A stretch of 64,000 nt of DNA from Lama guanicoe (Eukaryota). Made by a program: the position numbers and the translations under genes. Positions 23,580-35,981 of this stretch are shown here, one piece after another. The stretch spans positions 3,772,677 to 3,836,676 of the forward strand of contig MU054117.1 of assembly GCA_013239625.1 (NCBI GenBank), read 5' to 3'. Each line of letters opens with the position of its first letter. Positions within the stretch are counted from its first letter, which is position 1. The notes beneath the pieces were generated by a model, which had not been told where the DNA came from, did no database searches, and worked only from the letters and a program-made list of their open reading frames with translations.

Positions 23580-25256
23580 ACTTAAGCCTCCATTAAGCCC
23601 ATCCTGTTGGGTCCCTTGTGGGGGCTTCACTTTAAGCTCAAATGCACCCTGGTCACTCTCTCTGTTTCCTGTACCTGCACCTGTGGTTACTCTTTTAGAA
23701 ACTGCTGGCGTTCATGACTGAGAGACTTGAAGACGCTGGGGAATCTGGGGACATGTCCTTTCATATGATCTCCATCAGCTAAGATTTCATCTGAAGACAC
23801 TTTTCACTAAAGACTGCCATTCAAAGGGGCAGAGGAGGGGCAGCCTACGGTGCAGACACCATCTGAGTCCTGACTGAGATGGAGGGGTGCCGTGTGTCGG
23901 AGCAGTGAGTCCCTTGGTGAGCCACACTGGCTATTGGGTATGACTCTTGGGGACAGGGAGGTCCACTTCCCTTGTCCTCAACAGATCCGCTTCAGAAGGT
24001 TAATGGGGTTCCTTCTGGGGAGCCCCCTCTTGTTGGCGCTGGTCATTCAGGGGTTTCCTCAGGGTCTCAGACAGCACAGCCCCCTGCTGGTAGGCTGCCG
24101 TCTTGGCTGAGTCCTCTTCATCTCTTGAATCTGCTTCCTTTATCCCCTTTGTTCTCAGGAGGCAGCACCATCCAATGGCAAAGACAGCTCCAAGCCTCCC
24201 CAGGAGCTCTGGTCCTCAGCTTTCATGATCCCAGAGAAGGAAGCGCCCTGCTTTATCCCGAAGTCTGTGTATCCAACCACAGGGAAGTCTCTGTGGCCCT
24301 CCGGGGGTTACGTTCCCACTTCCGAGCACCTCGCTCTGCCCTGAGGGCTGAAGTGTTGCAACAGGCAGGCCTGAGTCACCGCGCACCCACACCCGCTGGC
24401 AGAGCATAGGACGGGCGGACGGGTGCTGGGCAGCCCTACCTGCCCCACCTGCAATGGATTCTCATGCAGAAGGTTTCCTAGCAGGAGAGGGAAGGCTAAA
24501 ACAACCCTCACAGCGCAGGGTAAACACTGTGATTTCTCAAAGGTTTTGATGTTTTGGGAAATCTGTGACTTGAAGGAGTGTCATTTGAGTTACAAAACTC
24601 CAGTAAATACTTACTCTTTTTATTAACCTACTCCTTCAGATGCTGTAGGTCTTAATCTCACACTCTTTTTTTTCCCCCTCCTCTTAGTAAAAATTCCACA
24701 GATGTTTGCATTCAGGCTTAGATTTCATTCACTCTGATCTTTTCTATAACACTGCCTGGGAATTCGAGCCTCCTTCTTATGCGCTTTTCTGTGATTTGGC
24801 AAAATGCAGGAATGAGTTTCTCGCTTTTGTCTCTCTTGCCATGGGAGAATTGAACACAGTAGTCTTTGTCCAATGAAATTACTTTTTCTCTTTTATTTTT
24901 ATAAAGGATTTGAAAGGATGTCAACTTGGGCCAAAGGACAGGTCTCCCCCCTTCTCTTGCTGCTTTTTTTCCCTCTCCCTCTTATTTCCAAATCGAGCTG
25001 TCCCCTGGGACCATTGTTAGCTCTCTCCTTCTCCTTTTCTTCCAGGCTTCAGAGAACACCAGGGCCTCGATCAAGGGCAAGTAGAATCTGGGCCCCTTCA
25101 CCTCCTCCTCCCCCAAAACACCACGTCTCTTGTTACCCTCTGTACAGTCGACTCTGGGCCCCAGTAGAACTGTTCTCACATGGAGTGGACACCTATGGGA
25201 GACCTGTTCCCAAGTTCCTGGGCACCATGGGGGAATGCATGTATGAGCTACAACAT

Positions 25257-25276
25257 TGTGTGTGTGTGTGTGTGTG
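25257..25276. repeat. (TG)10 microsatellite
   Basis: Perfect dinucleotide run. Confidence 0.95.
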
Positions 25277-25599
25277 ACCCCCAGGGAGATTCCACAGACC
25301 AAAAAGTCTATCCCCAAGACTCCTGGACTCCCTTGTGACTAGCCCTTGGGAACACCTAATTTGGGCAATCTTTGCCTTCATTTATAATCAGGAGTTCTAG
25401 ACCAAAGCTCCCTTAGTAACTATGAGTTTAGAGTTCTAAATGCCATACAGATTACGTCACTTAAACTTTATAAGCACCTCGTGGGTCAGATGTCATCATC
25501 CTCATCTTATCAGAGTGTAGAGCGAGGCATAAAAGAAGTTGCATTACTTAGGTCCGTACATCTAGTAAGCTGCAGAACTAGGTTTATTCCACTAGAGAG

Positions 25600-25805
25600 A
25601 GACAGAGACAGAAACAGAGAGAGGCAGAGAGAGATTTAAAGAAACTGGCCCACACAGTTGTGCAGTTGGCAAGTCCGAAATCTCACTTTTTGCTCTTAAG
25701 GCCTTCAGTTGATAGTAAGTATAATCACATCTGTAAAATATCTTCATGGCAACGCCTGGCGTTCAACCAAACAACGGATGGGTCAGTGGCCAATCAACCT
25801 ACTGA
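25600..25805 (-). mobile_element. Internally deleted MLT2 (ERVL) LTR
   Basis: 'aaagaaactggcccacacagttgtg...tggcaagtccgaaatct', 'tttttgctcttaaggccttcag', 'aatcacatctgtaaaatatcttc' are MLT2 antisense blocks joined by deletions. Confidence 0.75.
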
Positions 25806-27345
25806 TACTCACTTGTTCACTTAAGAAAATATTTTTAAGCATGAATTGTGGTCCTAACACTTGATAGGAGGCGGGGGGTATACAGCTGAATGGTATCATC
25901 ATTGCTTCCAAAAAGATAAAGTTTATACACATAGAGAGAGACCAATCATGGTACCCAAGCAAGGGGATTCTATATAGACTTTGAGTTTGGGAAAATGGTA
26001 GCCACATAAGCCTAGAAGAAATCAGGAAACAGACCAGAGAAATATGCAGGGACGGACAGATAGTGGCCAGGGATTGATCCAGAATTTCCAGGCATTTGAC
26101 ATCGTTAGCGTGGAAGCCCTTGGACATGTTTTCGGAGGTCACACCAGCAGGCGAGGCAGCACACCACCCTGTGGAACAGTGCAAAGGCATTGGTTCTGCG
26201 TGGACGGGGGAGATAAGAGAGTGTCTGGGAGGGAATTAACTGGTCAGCAAGGGGTATTTTAAGAGGTTGCTGTGCATTGTGTGTTTATTGGCCGCTCAGC
26301 AACCTGCATTCAAGTCAGTGTTGGCAGAATAACCTGATGAGTGTTTTATAATCTTGAAAACGTCACTTTTCAACTTCAAAAGTCACTTCACTATTTCCCA
26401 GCCTAGGAATCTGGGCTCCTGACTGCAGGGGCTCTCTGCGTCTCGCACGGGGCCCTCTGGGAAATCCTGTAGCAAATCACACTGATGTGAAGCATGTCTC
26501 TATTTTGCTTTCTGAACAGCGTCGCAATTGAGGAGATTACATTCCCGACCAAATACTGGGCCTCAGATCGGAGCTGATGACGGACCACATGTCTCAGAAG
26601 ACGTTGTACAATAACAACAAAGGAGTAAAATCATTGGAAACGGCGAAGATATGTTTTCAATTTCATCAAAAGGGTTTAAAATATGCTACGGAGAGTCACA
26701 TTTTTATGAAGGGTATGGTCATTTTATTTACTTTATTAGGACTTAGGGAACTTGTTTGAAGATGACTGGAAACGGTCCGGCTAAATGCATTTAAAATGTT
26801 TTGGCTGATGCCTTTTGTTCCCCGTATGATTTTGTCTGCAGCAAGCAGACGCACTCAGAACCATCTCGCCGATTTTACAGCTGCTTCGAGCTTTGTAAAG
26901 GTTTTCAGCGTGGGAAGTCGCCACTGCTGAAGCTTTTGGTAATGATGAGGGTGGTGGTGATGATACAGACTTTTTTTTCTCACTGAAAATAACTTTCAAA
27001 ACGAAAAGCTAATGAAGTCCCTCCCTGCCACTGTCTCCTACCTCCCCTCTTCTTAGAAAACCTCTGAGTTTGAGCAACTCAAGGGAGAGAGATGCTCCCA
27101 TCTGCTGCTGTGACTTCCTACGGAGTCAAAGTGCCTTACAAATGATTATGGGTCATTCACAGGGATTTTTTTCACGGAAGCTTCAAAAACACTCTTTGGG
27201 AACTGCCAGCACTGCATGTGTGCAGGTTTCTATACGTGTTTGAGTCCTAAGACAGCCTTCCTTGGTAAGGGCATTAAATAGCTTTGAATTGGTGGACCAG
27301 AACATTCTTGGGGAGGGAGATGATGGAAGGTAGAAGAAAAAGAAG

Positions 27346-28323
27346 TAATGCTTTGTCAATTCTAGGTCTTTTGTGGTTCCATATGAATTTTATTATGATT
27401 TGTTCTAGTTCTGTGAAATATGTCCTGGGTAATTGGATAGGGATCGCATTAAATCTGTAGATTGCCTTGGGCAGTTTGATCATTTTAACAATATTGATTC
27501 TTCCAATCCAGTAGCATGGGATATCCTTCCATTTTTTTTAAGTCTTCTTTAATTTAGTTTTCTGTGTATAAGTCTTTCACCTCCTTGGTTAGATTTATTC
27601 TTAGGTGTTTTATTACTCTGGGTGCTATTTTAAAGGGGATTGTTTCTTTACTTTCTTTTCCTGTTGATTCATCGTTAGTGTAAAGAAATGCAGCTGATTT
27701 TTGTACATTAATCTTGTGACCTGCTCCCTTGCTGAATTCTTTGATTAGCTCTAGTAGTTTTTGTGGACTTTTTAGGGTTCTCTATATATAGTATCATGTC
27801 ATCTGCATATAGTGACACTTTTACCTCTTCTTTTCCAATTTGGATCCCTTTTATTTCTCTGTCTTGCCTGATTGCTGTGGCTAGGACTTCCAGGACTCTG
27901 TTGAAAAGGAGTGGTGAGAGTGGGCAGCCTTGTCTTGTCCCAGATTTTAGTGGGAAAGTTTTGAGTTTTTCACTGTTGAGTACTATGGTGGCTGTAGCTT
28001 TTATTATGTTGAGATATGTTCCCTCTATGCCCACTTTGGTGAGAGTTTTTATCATAAAAGGGTGTTGAATTTTATCAGATGCTTTTTCTGCATCTATTGA
28101 GATGATCATGTGGTTTTTGTCCTTTCTCTTGTTGATGTGATGTATTACGTTGATTGATTTGCGTATGTTGAACCACTCTTGTGTCCCTGGGATGAACCCC
28201 ACTTGGTCATGATGTAAAATCATTTTTATGTGCTGTTGGATTCTATTGGCTAATATTTTGGTAAGGATTTCTGCATCTATGTTCATCAGTGATATTGGTC
28301 TGTAATTCTCTTTTTTGGTAGTG
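27346..28323 (-). mobile_element. Inverted L1 ORF2 reverse-transcriptase segment (defective)
   Basis: Minus-strand ORFs 27708-28286 ([21 protein letters not shown]...DAEKA.DK...[13 protein letters not shown]...YADDMI) and 27274-27483 ([13 protein letters not shown]...[11 protein letters not shown]) are LINE-1 ORF2; frameshifted. Confidence 0.97.
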
Positions 28324-28797
28324 ACAACATAACACCATTTGCAGCAACATGGATGTTCCTGGAGAATGTCATTCTAAGTGAAGTAAGCCAGAAAGAGAAA
28401 GAAAAATACCATATAAGATTGCTCATATGTGGAATCTAAAAAATAATGAAAAGAAAAAGACAAATGAACATCAATACAAAACAGAAAGAGACTCATAGAC
28501 ATAGAATACAAACTTGTGGTTGCCAGAGGGGGAGGTGGGTGAGAAGGGTCAGACTGGGAGTTCAAAACTCATAGATTCTGACAGGTATACATAGAATAGA
28601 TAGACAAGATTGTACTGTGTAGCACAGGGAAATATGTACAAGATCTCGTGGTAGCTCACAGCGAAAAAGAATACGATAATGAATATGCGTATGTTCATGT
28701 ATAACTGAAAAAGTATGCTCTGCACTGGAAATGGACACAACGTTGTAAACAGATGATGACTCAATAAAATAAAATTTGAAAACAAAGAAAGAAAAAA
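28322..28797 (+). mobile_element. Sense L1 3' end (ORF2 C-terminus, 3' UTR, AATAAA, A-rich tail)
   Basis: 'ccatttgcagcaacatggatg...attctaagtgaagtaagccag...tgtagcacagggaaatat...tcAATAAAat', then an A-rich tail. AAGAAAAAGAAG flanks the whole insertion (27334-27345, 28798-28809). Confidence 0.95.
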
Positions 28798-28986
28798 AAG
28801 AAAAAGAAGGTGGGCTTGTCTTTCGCCTGTCCACTTTTCATAGCTCTGTAACGAAAGCTTAAGTGCCTTGATACTCGGAAGTGGTAACTCCCCTTTCCCA
28901 TCCCTGTCTGCCCCTGACACACATAGAAGGGACTCAGCATTGACCTAATGACTAATTAGTTATTGGATTAACTTACTCCTTAGCTC

Positions 28987-29375
28987 TGTTTTAAAAAAAC
29001 AAAATTCAACTGAGTAAATTTTAAAGATCTCATTGGTTTTGCTCAACAATACATCAACCGGATGGCACCCAATCTAGGAGATAAAAAAGAGCTCCAAGGA
29101 GCTGTACAAAGTGAAAGAGTGTTACAGACAGAAAGAGGCAGGAACAGGCAAAAAAGTGGGTTGGCCGTTGCATGGCCTCTTCCCTCGAGGGGATGGCAGG
29201 GGTCTTGATCAGACAGATGGTCTGATAGTAACGCTGATCAGGTGATTCCTGACTGGTTGGTTGAAGATTCTACTTCTGGGAGAGATGAACAGATAATTAA
29301 ATTAAGCCTCAGTTTGTGGATGTGGGGCTTAGAATAAGCAACTCCTTTTGGGGTCTGTTGTCTTGTTTCATAACA
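28987..29375 (-). mobile_element. ERV1 solo LTR (LTR39/MER39-like)
   Basis: TGTT...AACA termini; 'aaacaaaattcaactgagtaaattttaaagatctcattgg'; flanked by GCTC/GCTG (near 4-bp TSD). Confidence 0.8.
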
Positions 29376-32214
29376 GCTGTGTCAGGGAAATTGTAAAAAT
29401 ATCTTAAATGACCATACATATCTATATGTGTGCGTGTCCAGCTCACCCATCCAGGTTATCTTTCTCTTTTATTCTCCTTGAGCTAGTTCACAACCCTTGC
29501 AGTTGTGTAAAACAGGTACAAATGGAAACGACTCTTGCACATTACAAATGCATCGCAGTGCAGTTGATTGCTGCCCTGTGGCTGGACCAGCTTTGTGTCT
29601 ATTGGTAAATTTATTTCACCTCCTTTACTTCATACAGATGTGTTTATTTTCATCCTCCTTCGACCAGCCATCTTACTGGCTCCCACATGAGTTCAGTAAA
29701 AATCTTTGATGATAGTTCCTTTTATGCTGATATAAAATCATGATTATATCCTCTTTTAAAAATCATCTTCTAATAACTTGGTAGTTGATATATATCCTAA
29801 AATAGCTCTGTCCATCAGGAGGGAACATGTAAGGACTCTGGTAGATCAACAAAATAATATTAGTGATTTACGTGCAGTTAACTTTATTTCCTAAACCTCC
29901 TGTGTGTGATTCAGATTGCATATATAGTCACATCCCTGAATAATGATTACCTTCTAAATTCTAAGGTGTTTTCAGCTCTTTGCTTTGTACAGCTGTGCCC
30001 TATATAATCATTGAGCAAGAGTTATAATAATTCTCACTTTGCAGATGAGAGCAATGGAGGTGATGTGTCCTGCCTGACATCTTACGAATAAAAACACAAT
30101 CCTCCGAGGAAAATTCCTTGTTCTTCCCACTAGCCCACCACACCACCCTATGCCCTTCTCTACTTCAAAGTGCTTCTTGAAAAAAAAAATCAAAGTTAAT
30201 TCCATTAAGTTTGAGGCAATTTTAGATTTAATGATATTGAATTGAATATGCCAATAATTTGTAAATGGATTTTTAGTTGTGGTTTGCAGGTTAGCTCTTC
30301 TTTTAATCATATTACTCAATTGATCTATAAAATTGCAGCCAGGGTAATTTATAATAGTATCCATTTTCTAAAGGGGGAAAAAAGCTAAAAAAAAAAAGAA
30401 GAAGAAGAAGCAGCTAACATGTATTAACTGGCTGCAATGTGGCAAGTCTTTTTAGACCATGTTTTTGATTTAATCTTCAAAGTGCCTTCTAAGTCCTCAT
30501 TTTACAGTTGAGGATGATAAATGATATAAATCGTTGGTACCACTGATTGATCACTCATATTCTCTAATGTGTTCATCACAACAATCCCATCAGGTTGGCT
30601 GCATAAGTGAAAATTAAACTGTAGGAGCATTAAGAAATGTTCCCAAGGTCATCAAGTTAGCGTTTGAACTTCTGTTCCAAGGTCATGTTCTTAGCAACCG
30701 CTTAGTGGTTCGGAGTAGCCAAGACCATCTCTTGCTGGGCAGCCGGGCATGGGCAACATGTATGAAGGGTTTGGACTTCGGTAACTCACTGGTCAGACTT
30801 GGAGATGCTGCAGAAGAAGTTAGAGTTTCTCACAGGAGATGCAAGTTTGCTGTCTGATAAGGTCTGAAGCCTGAGTCTCCGTGTGTACACTAGACAGCGA
30901 TGCTCAGGTTAGGGGTTTCCAGGAAATACTGCTGTGCAAAATGCCCAGTAGGGACGGTTTCATTTTCTTAGGCCAGGACAGACTGGTGTTCTCTGAGCTC
31001 GTACAGAGAATGCCACAAGGGAAATGCACTTTGAGCACAGACACCCTCTGGCCACGTGTCCTAACCTATTTCCTTACAGGCATCAGATGTATAAACCCTC
31101 CCATCCCATCCTCACCTCTCGCTTCCTCTGCCACACCGCGGAAAGCCCTTCTTTTGCAGTGAGTTTCCCGATCGTTGGGAGAGGATGAACACTTTCCCTT
31201 TCTCATCGTCCTCCAGGCTCCTTCTCCCAGAAGGGCACGGGGGGACGGGACTGTGGGTGACTGTCGTCATGTTGGCTCTCATCCTGCTTCTGGTGACGGG
31301 GTGTCTTCTGTGGTCTCAATGCTCTTCGCTGGCCACGCACCACACATCCCTGCAGCAGGCTGGGAAGATGTTTCTGCTCCAGTGGTACACCATATGAGGT
31401 TTCTTTTGTTTATAAATGCAGATTTTTAAGGTTTACAAGGGAAATAATTTTTAATTTTTGTTTTTCTGTGGAATCGAGCATCTGCCATTCCTCTTATTAA
31501 AGGTTACATAAACAAGGGGGACAGGAGGATGTGTTTTTCTCCTACAAAAACAAGGGGAAACGAAGCATTCACTTCTCCTTCTGAGAATGGGCATGTGTAC
31601 ACAAAGCTTTCTCATGAAAAACCTCAAATAAACTGTTTCCTACTTGGCCGTGTGGGTGTGACCGGGGTGCACCCGGAGCAGCTATGCACTGGATCCGTTG
31701 TTTCGAAAGCGGAAACGACAGCTTAATCAACCCATCCTCTGGCTTACACTTCACTGGAGGCAGCAGATTCCGCTTTTAAAAACTGTAGCCACCGATTCCC
31801 AAGGGGCAGGGGAGCAATTAAGGGCACACGAACTACGGCAAAACAAAGAAAAGGTAAATGGTCTTTTCATCTCCCTTTTAAATTATAATTTTATCATTTT
31901 GATTATTCAGCAAAGAACGTGAGTTTCAGCTGTCTTATACTACGTCCGGTTGGAAGAGAAGGATGTAGGGGCAACGGGGGAGGGAGGAGTGGGGAGAAAG
32001 ATGGGGGATTGCGGGGCAGAGTGGAAAGAAAAACTGGGTCTTTGATCCAGCGGTAGACAAAGATACAGAGAAACAGATCCAGGTATAGCCAGGCGGAGAC
32101 ATAGGTATAAACTCTCTCATATACAAAGACACCCACACACACACTCACACCCCCCAAGAGAGATGAAGGGAAGGGGGGATTCTGAGGAAACGAGAGAGAA
32201 GGCGTCCAGGCAGA

Positions 32215-33060
32215 GCTGTCCGTGACCGGCCGCGGAGGCCTCCCAGGGCGGGATGGGGGCCTGGCTCCCAAGCACAGGCGCGCTCAGGACTTCCGCACCG
32301 CCCCTCTGAAACACCGCCCTCCCTCTGGCCCAGGCCCAGCCGATCCATCAGAACGCGCCGTGCCGTCCAGCGGCATGAAGACCTTCTCGCTGCCCAGACG
32401 CGCGGCGTTCCCGCCGGGGCGGGAAGGGGCAGGTTCCGCGGGGCGCGCGGCCACGTGCGAGGCGGCTCTGCCAGGGGCGCGCGCGGAGCCGGTGCTGCGC
32501 GAACGGCGTTCGCGGACCGCGGACCGCACGCGCGTGGGTTTCCGCAGGCGGGGAAGCCGGGGCGGAGAGCTGAAGCCACCCGGCCGTCGGGCCCTCCGCT
32601 CCGCTCTCCCAAACGGGAAACGGAGGCAACCGGGGCCAGCCTGTGAGGCCAGGTGGGAACCGAAACGTGGACAGGCCTCCTCCTCCTTCTTCTGACGAAC
32701 CGTCCTTTAGTGAAAATCACGTCAGAGCGCAGCACCGACGGCCAAAAGGAAGGCCGGCCCCACCGGGGCCCCCTTTTCCAGGCAGGTCAGCGCCTGCATC
32801 AACCGATGTGCGCGTCTCAGGCAACAGGGATGGCGGCAAGGACGGCGGCGGGGCGGGAACCCGTCCTCCGACACCCGCTGCCTGCGGCCCAGCGCCTGGT
32901 CCAGCCCCGTGGTAACAGCCCTGTCCAGAGCGGCACTTCCATCCCGTTTTGTGAACGAGGAGATCGCAGCCTGAGGCGGCTGCGCACCGGGTTTCGGGTT
33001 CCCCGGCGGGGCAGGGCGGTCTCCAGATTCAAACACAGGTCTTCGGACCGCAGAAGCCCC
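32215..33060. promoter_or_regulatory. CpG island, probable promoter
   Basis: ~850 bp of very high GC/CpG; GC boxes (32416, 32559), E-box CACGTG (32452-32457), TCACGTCA (32717-32724); no recognisable CDS. Confidence 0.85.
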
Positions 33061-33969
33061 ACCTTCCACCCCTGTTCCTGACTTCCTGACTTTCCTCAGG
33101 TTTCATCAGAACACAGTGCTGCCTGAGTTGACGCGTGTGTTTCCCTCTCCTGGCCCTAAACAGCAGTGGCCGGATGCGTTCTTAGGGTCTTCAGCCCCCT
33201 GCCAGGGCTCCCTCTGGGAAGGGGCCCAACACCACTTCCCTCTCCCCTCCCCGGGAGCCACTAGGCCCCGCTGCGCACTGCCCCTCACAGGAGGCTGATT
33301 CCCTGCAGCATCTTCTCCTCCCAAGTCTGGCCTCTTAGGGGAACTTCTGGCCTTTTTTCTTTCTCCCATGGTGGTTTTTGTTTGGTTGCTTGGTTTACAG
33401 ATCTCCTCTCTTCTGTTTTCAAAAGGACAGTTGGACCACAGAGAGACCCCCAGGACATCAGTCACTCTCACCTCCCCGCCGGCTTCTTGAGGGGCTGCGT
33501 TCGTGACGTGCCTCTTCACTTGACCGGTTTATATTTTTAGCTTATGTCATTTCCCCCCTCCTTTCTACCTTTTAAACAAATTTTGTTAGGCCTCTAAAAC
33601 CTTTATAGGACCACTACTCCCCGAGTTTAGGTCAATTAAGCTTCCTTTTCCAAGTCAAACAAACACTTCAAGGATATTTTGAATTTTTCAGAATTAGAGG
33701 GTTTTTCCTGTTCAATTAAACATTTCAACATAAAATATTTCATCTTCAGTGTGGTTTACAGAATAGTGTAAACACTGAGATACCACCCAGCTTTATAAAA
33801 CCTTAACAACACTTAGCCATATTTTTTTTTCAGATTTATTTTTAAAGAAAGAAAAACAACTTTTAATTCTGAGAAGTGGTAGTTAAAAGGAAATAATTAA
33901 GTGTGATTCCGGCGTTGACTTCATTTCAGGACAACTAAACAGCCCTTGAAAATGAAGGAGGATTTTTTT

Positions 33970-34570
33970 TTTAAAGAGAATAATTCAGTCTAACAAAGTG
34001 AAAGAAATGATGGAACTAGAAAATTGTCATTTTGTGACTTCGAATGAAATCATTAATCCAGGGAAAGATCATCAGTGGATGGAACTATCAAATGAGAGGC
34101 TGGCGGGGAACTTGGCAGTGAACGGGTTAGGCTGTCAGCATCTTTGTCATTTTTATCCATTTTACCATCGCTGACACATGGTGTGTCTCCCCCAGGATGC
34201 AATGGAGTGTTCAGCGTAACCTAGGAAGTTTCCTTGCCAAAAAAAGTTGAACCTGATTTTAACCACATCTTTAGAGAAAACTTCATGTACGGGGCATATA
34301 GGGGAGAAAAATGCCAGTGAAAAGGCACCAGAAGAAAGCCAAGAGATAAATCTAGAATGAGGGACAGTCTGAAGGCTGGTCTCTTTCCCTTAACAAGGGA
34401 AGTATAAAAAAGGTATTTTTTATAAAGGGGAAGGGGAAGGAGAGCCTGCTCTTGATTTGAAGCAATTTAAGACACGTTTAAATAAAATATAATGTGTGCT
34501 CATGTTTGGGACCCTGATTTGTATATGCTTTGTGTAAAAAGATTTTTCTGAGACCATGGTGGAAATTTAA
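33970..34570 (+). mobile_element. Ancient L1 (L1MC5/L1ME4-like) 3' UTR fragment
   Basis: 'ccttgccaaaaaaagttgaacctgattttaa...gataaatctagaatgagggaca...aatgtgtgct...ggaccctgatttg'. Confidence 0.65.
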
Positions 34571-34849
34571 TTTACCCTCTGGTTTCAGTAGCCTAAGGAT
34601 ACTAGTCATTTATTTTGCTACTTCTTTTTAATTTCATTCTTCCAGCTCTGTGGACCCAACCTGTCACTCCCAAATCTGAACACAGTGTGATGTTATCTGC
34701 CCAGTTCTTGAGGATCAATAATCTTTGAATTACCTGGTCTACAAAGTGACAAGACTGTAACGGTCCTTACTGACACTGGTTCACGGTAGACCACACACCC
34801 TAACACCGCAGACCCCCACGTAAAAGCAGAGCATGTAAAGCTGGAGGAT

Positions 34850-35200
34850 CATTTATTCATTCATCAATCACTTCTGAACACCTGCTGTGTTCCAGGTAAT
34901 TTGTTAGTGCTTCGGGGATAAAGCGATGGAGCAGACGTGCTCTCTGCATGGAGAACTGAGGGGCGGCAGCCTCTGGTCTCAGCCAGGGGAGGGGAAGGCA
35001 CTGTGGGCCTTTCTTCCGGACGGTGGAAGTGCTTCCGCCTTGGGGGTGCAGGGGAGTCAGGGGCTGGCATTAGGCCTCCATGAATACTGAGCTGCAGCTG
35101 GAGAAGGCGTCCAGGGCCCAGAGTAAGAGGAGTACTGGAGCTCAGTGCAGTGGGCATTCAGGAATTGAAGTCCTTTCCCAAAGGGGAGCAAGGGCTGCTG
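34850..35200 (-). mobile_element. L2 LINE 3' fragment
   Basis: 'atttattcattcatcaatcacttctgaacacctgctgtgttccagg...ggggataaagcgatg'. Confidence 0.7.
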
Positions 35201-35950
35201 GGGGGGCCAAGCCGGGGGGTGAGGGGCCCCGACCGCGCACAGGCACTCAGTGGCCTATAGCGAGCGTGGCGTAATTCCGAGGGCTCGGGGAAGACTTCGT
35301 GCCTGGAACAGCTTCCCCACTAGGGCCTGACGTTCCTTCAAAGTGGGGCGCAGGCTTGCCCCCACAATTAGAGCTAAGGCTTATTATTAAAGCACCCCTG
35401 GGAGAGTTAAATTCACATTAGAGGTAAACTAAAGAGTTATTTTGAAGTATCGTCTGGGAGGAGGCCACGATACAAGAGTCCGGTGGGAGGGGGAAGTGCA
35501 CAGAAAACCGAGAGGGGGCTCTGGGAGGCAGACTCCACCATTCTCGCTGGCCGGCCCAACATTGTGGCTGTTGAGGGCTGGCCAGGTGTGGCAAAGCACA
35601 CAGAGAGAGAAGCACCAGGATGCTCAGTTGGACTGACCTGAAACTCAGGTGTAACACGACGTCCTGGGTTCCATCCACAACTCCAGGCCAGTGGGGAGTT
35701 TTAACTGGACTCACTCAAACCTGCCACCGTAGATGCCCTGTGGATTCGCGGAGCCTTCTCCTGCGCTCATGAGGACAGCTGGGGAGAGGGGCGTGGAGGG
35801 GATGCGAAGCAGGACCACAGTGCATGGGGAGGGAGGAGCGTTCTGGAGGCCTAGAAGGGCAAACTCCCTGAGGACCCAGACCGCGTCCCTTCTCTCTGCA
35901 TCCTTGTGTAATGCCTGGTACAGATATGCTGAGATTCTAAAAAAGTGTCA

Positions 35951-35951
<1 letters not shown>

Positions 35952-35981
<30 letters not shown>
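35952..35981. repeat. (TAA)10 microsatellite
   Basis: Perfect trinucleotide run. Confidence 0.97.

Noticed and set aside
26520..26712. Exon-like segment (tttgctttctgaacag ... AGG/gtatgg)
   Set aside because: Stops in all three frames, so not coding; a lncRNA exon cannot be judged from sequence alone.
27708..28286. Reverse-transcriptase ORF as a novel RT system or gene
   Set aside because: Ordinary LINE-1 ORF2 fragment: truncated, frameshifted and internally deleted.
32145..33081. ORFs over the CpG island
   Set aside because: Low-complexity R/A/G/P translations in all frames; no recognisable protein.
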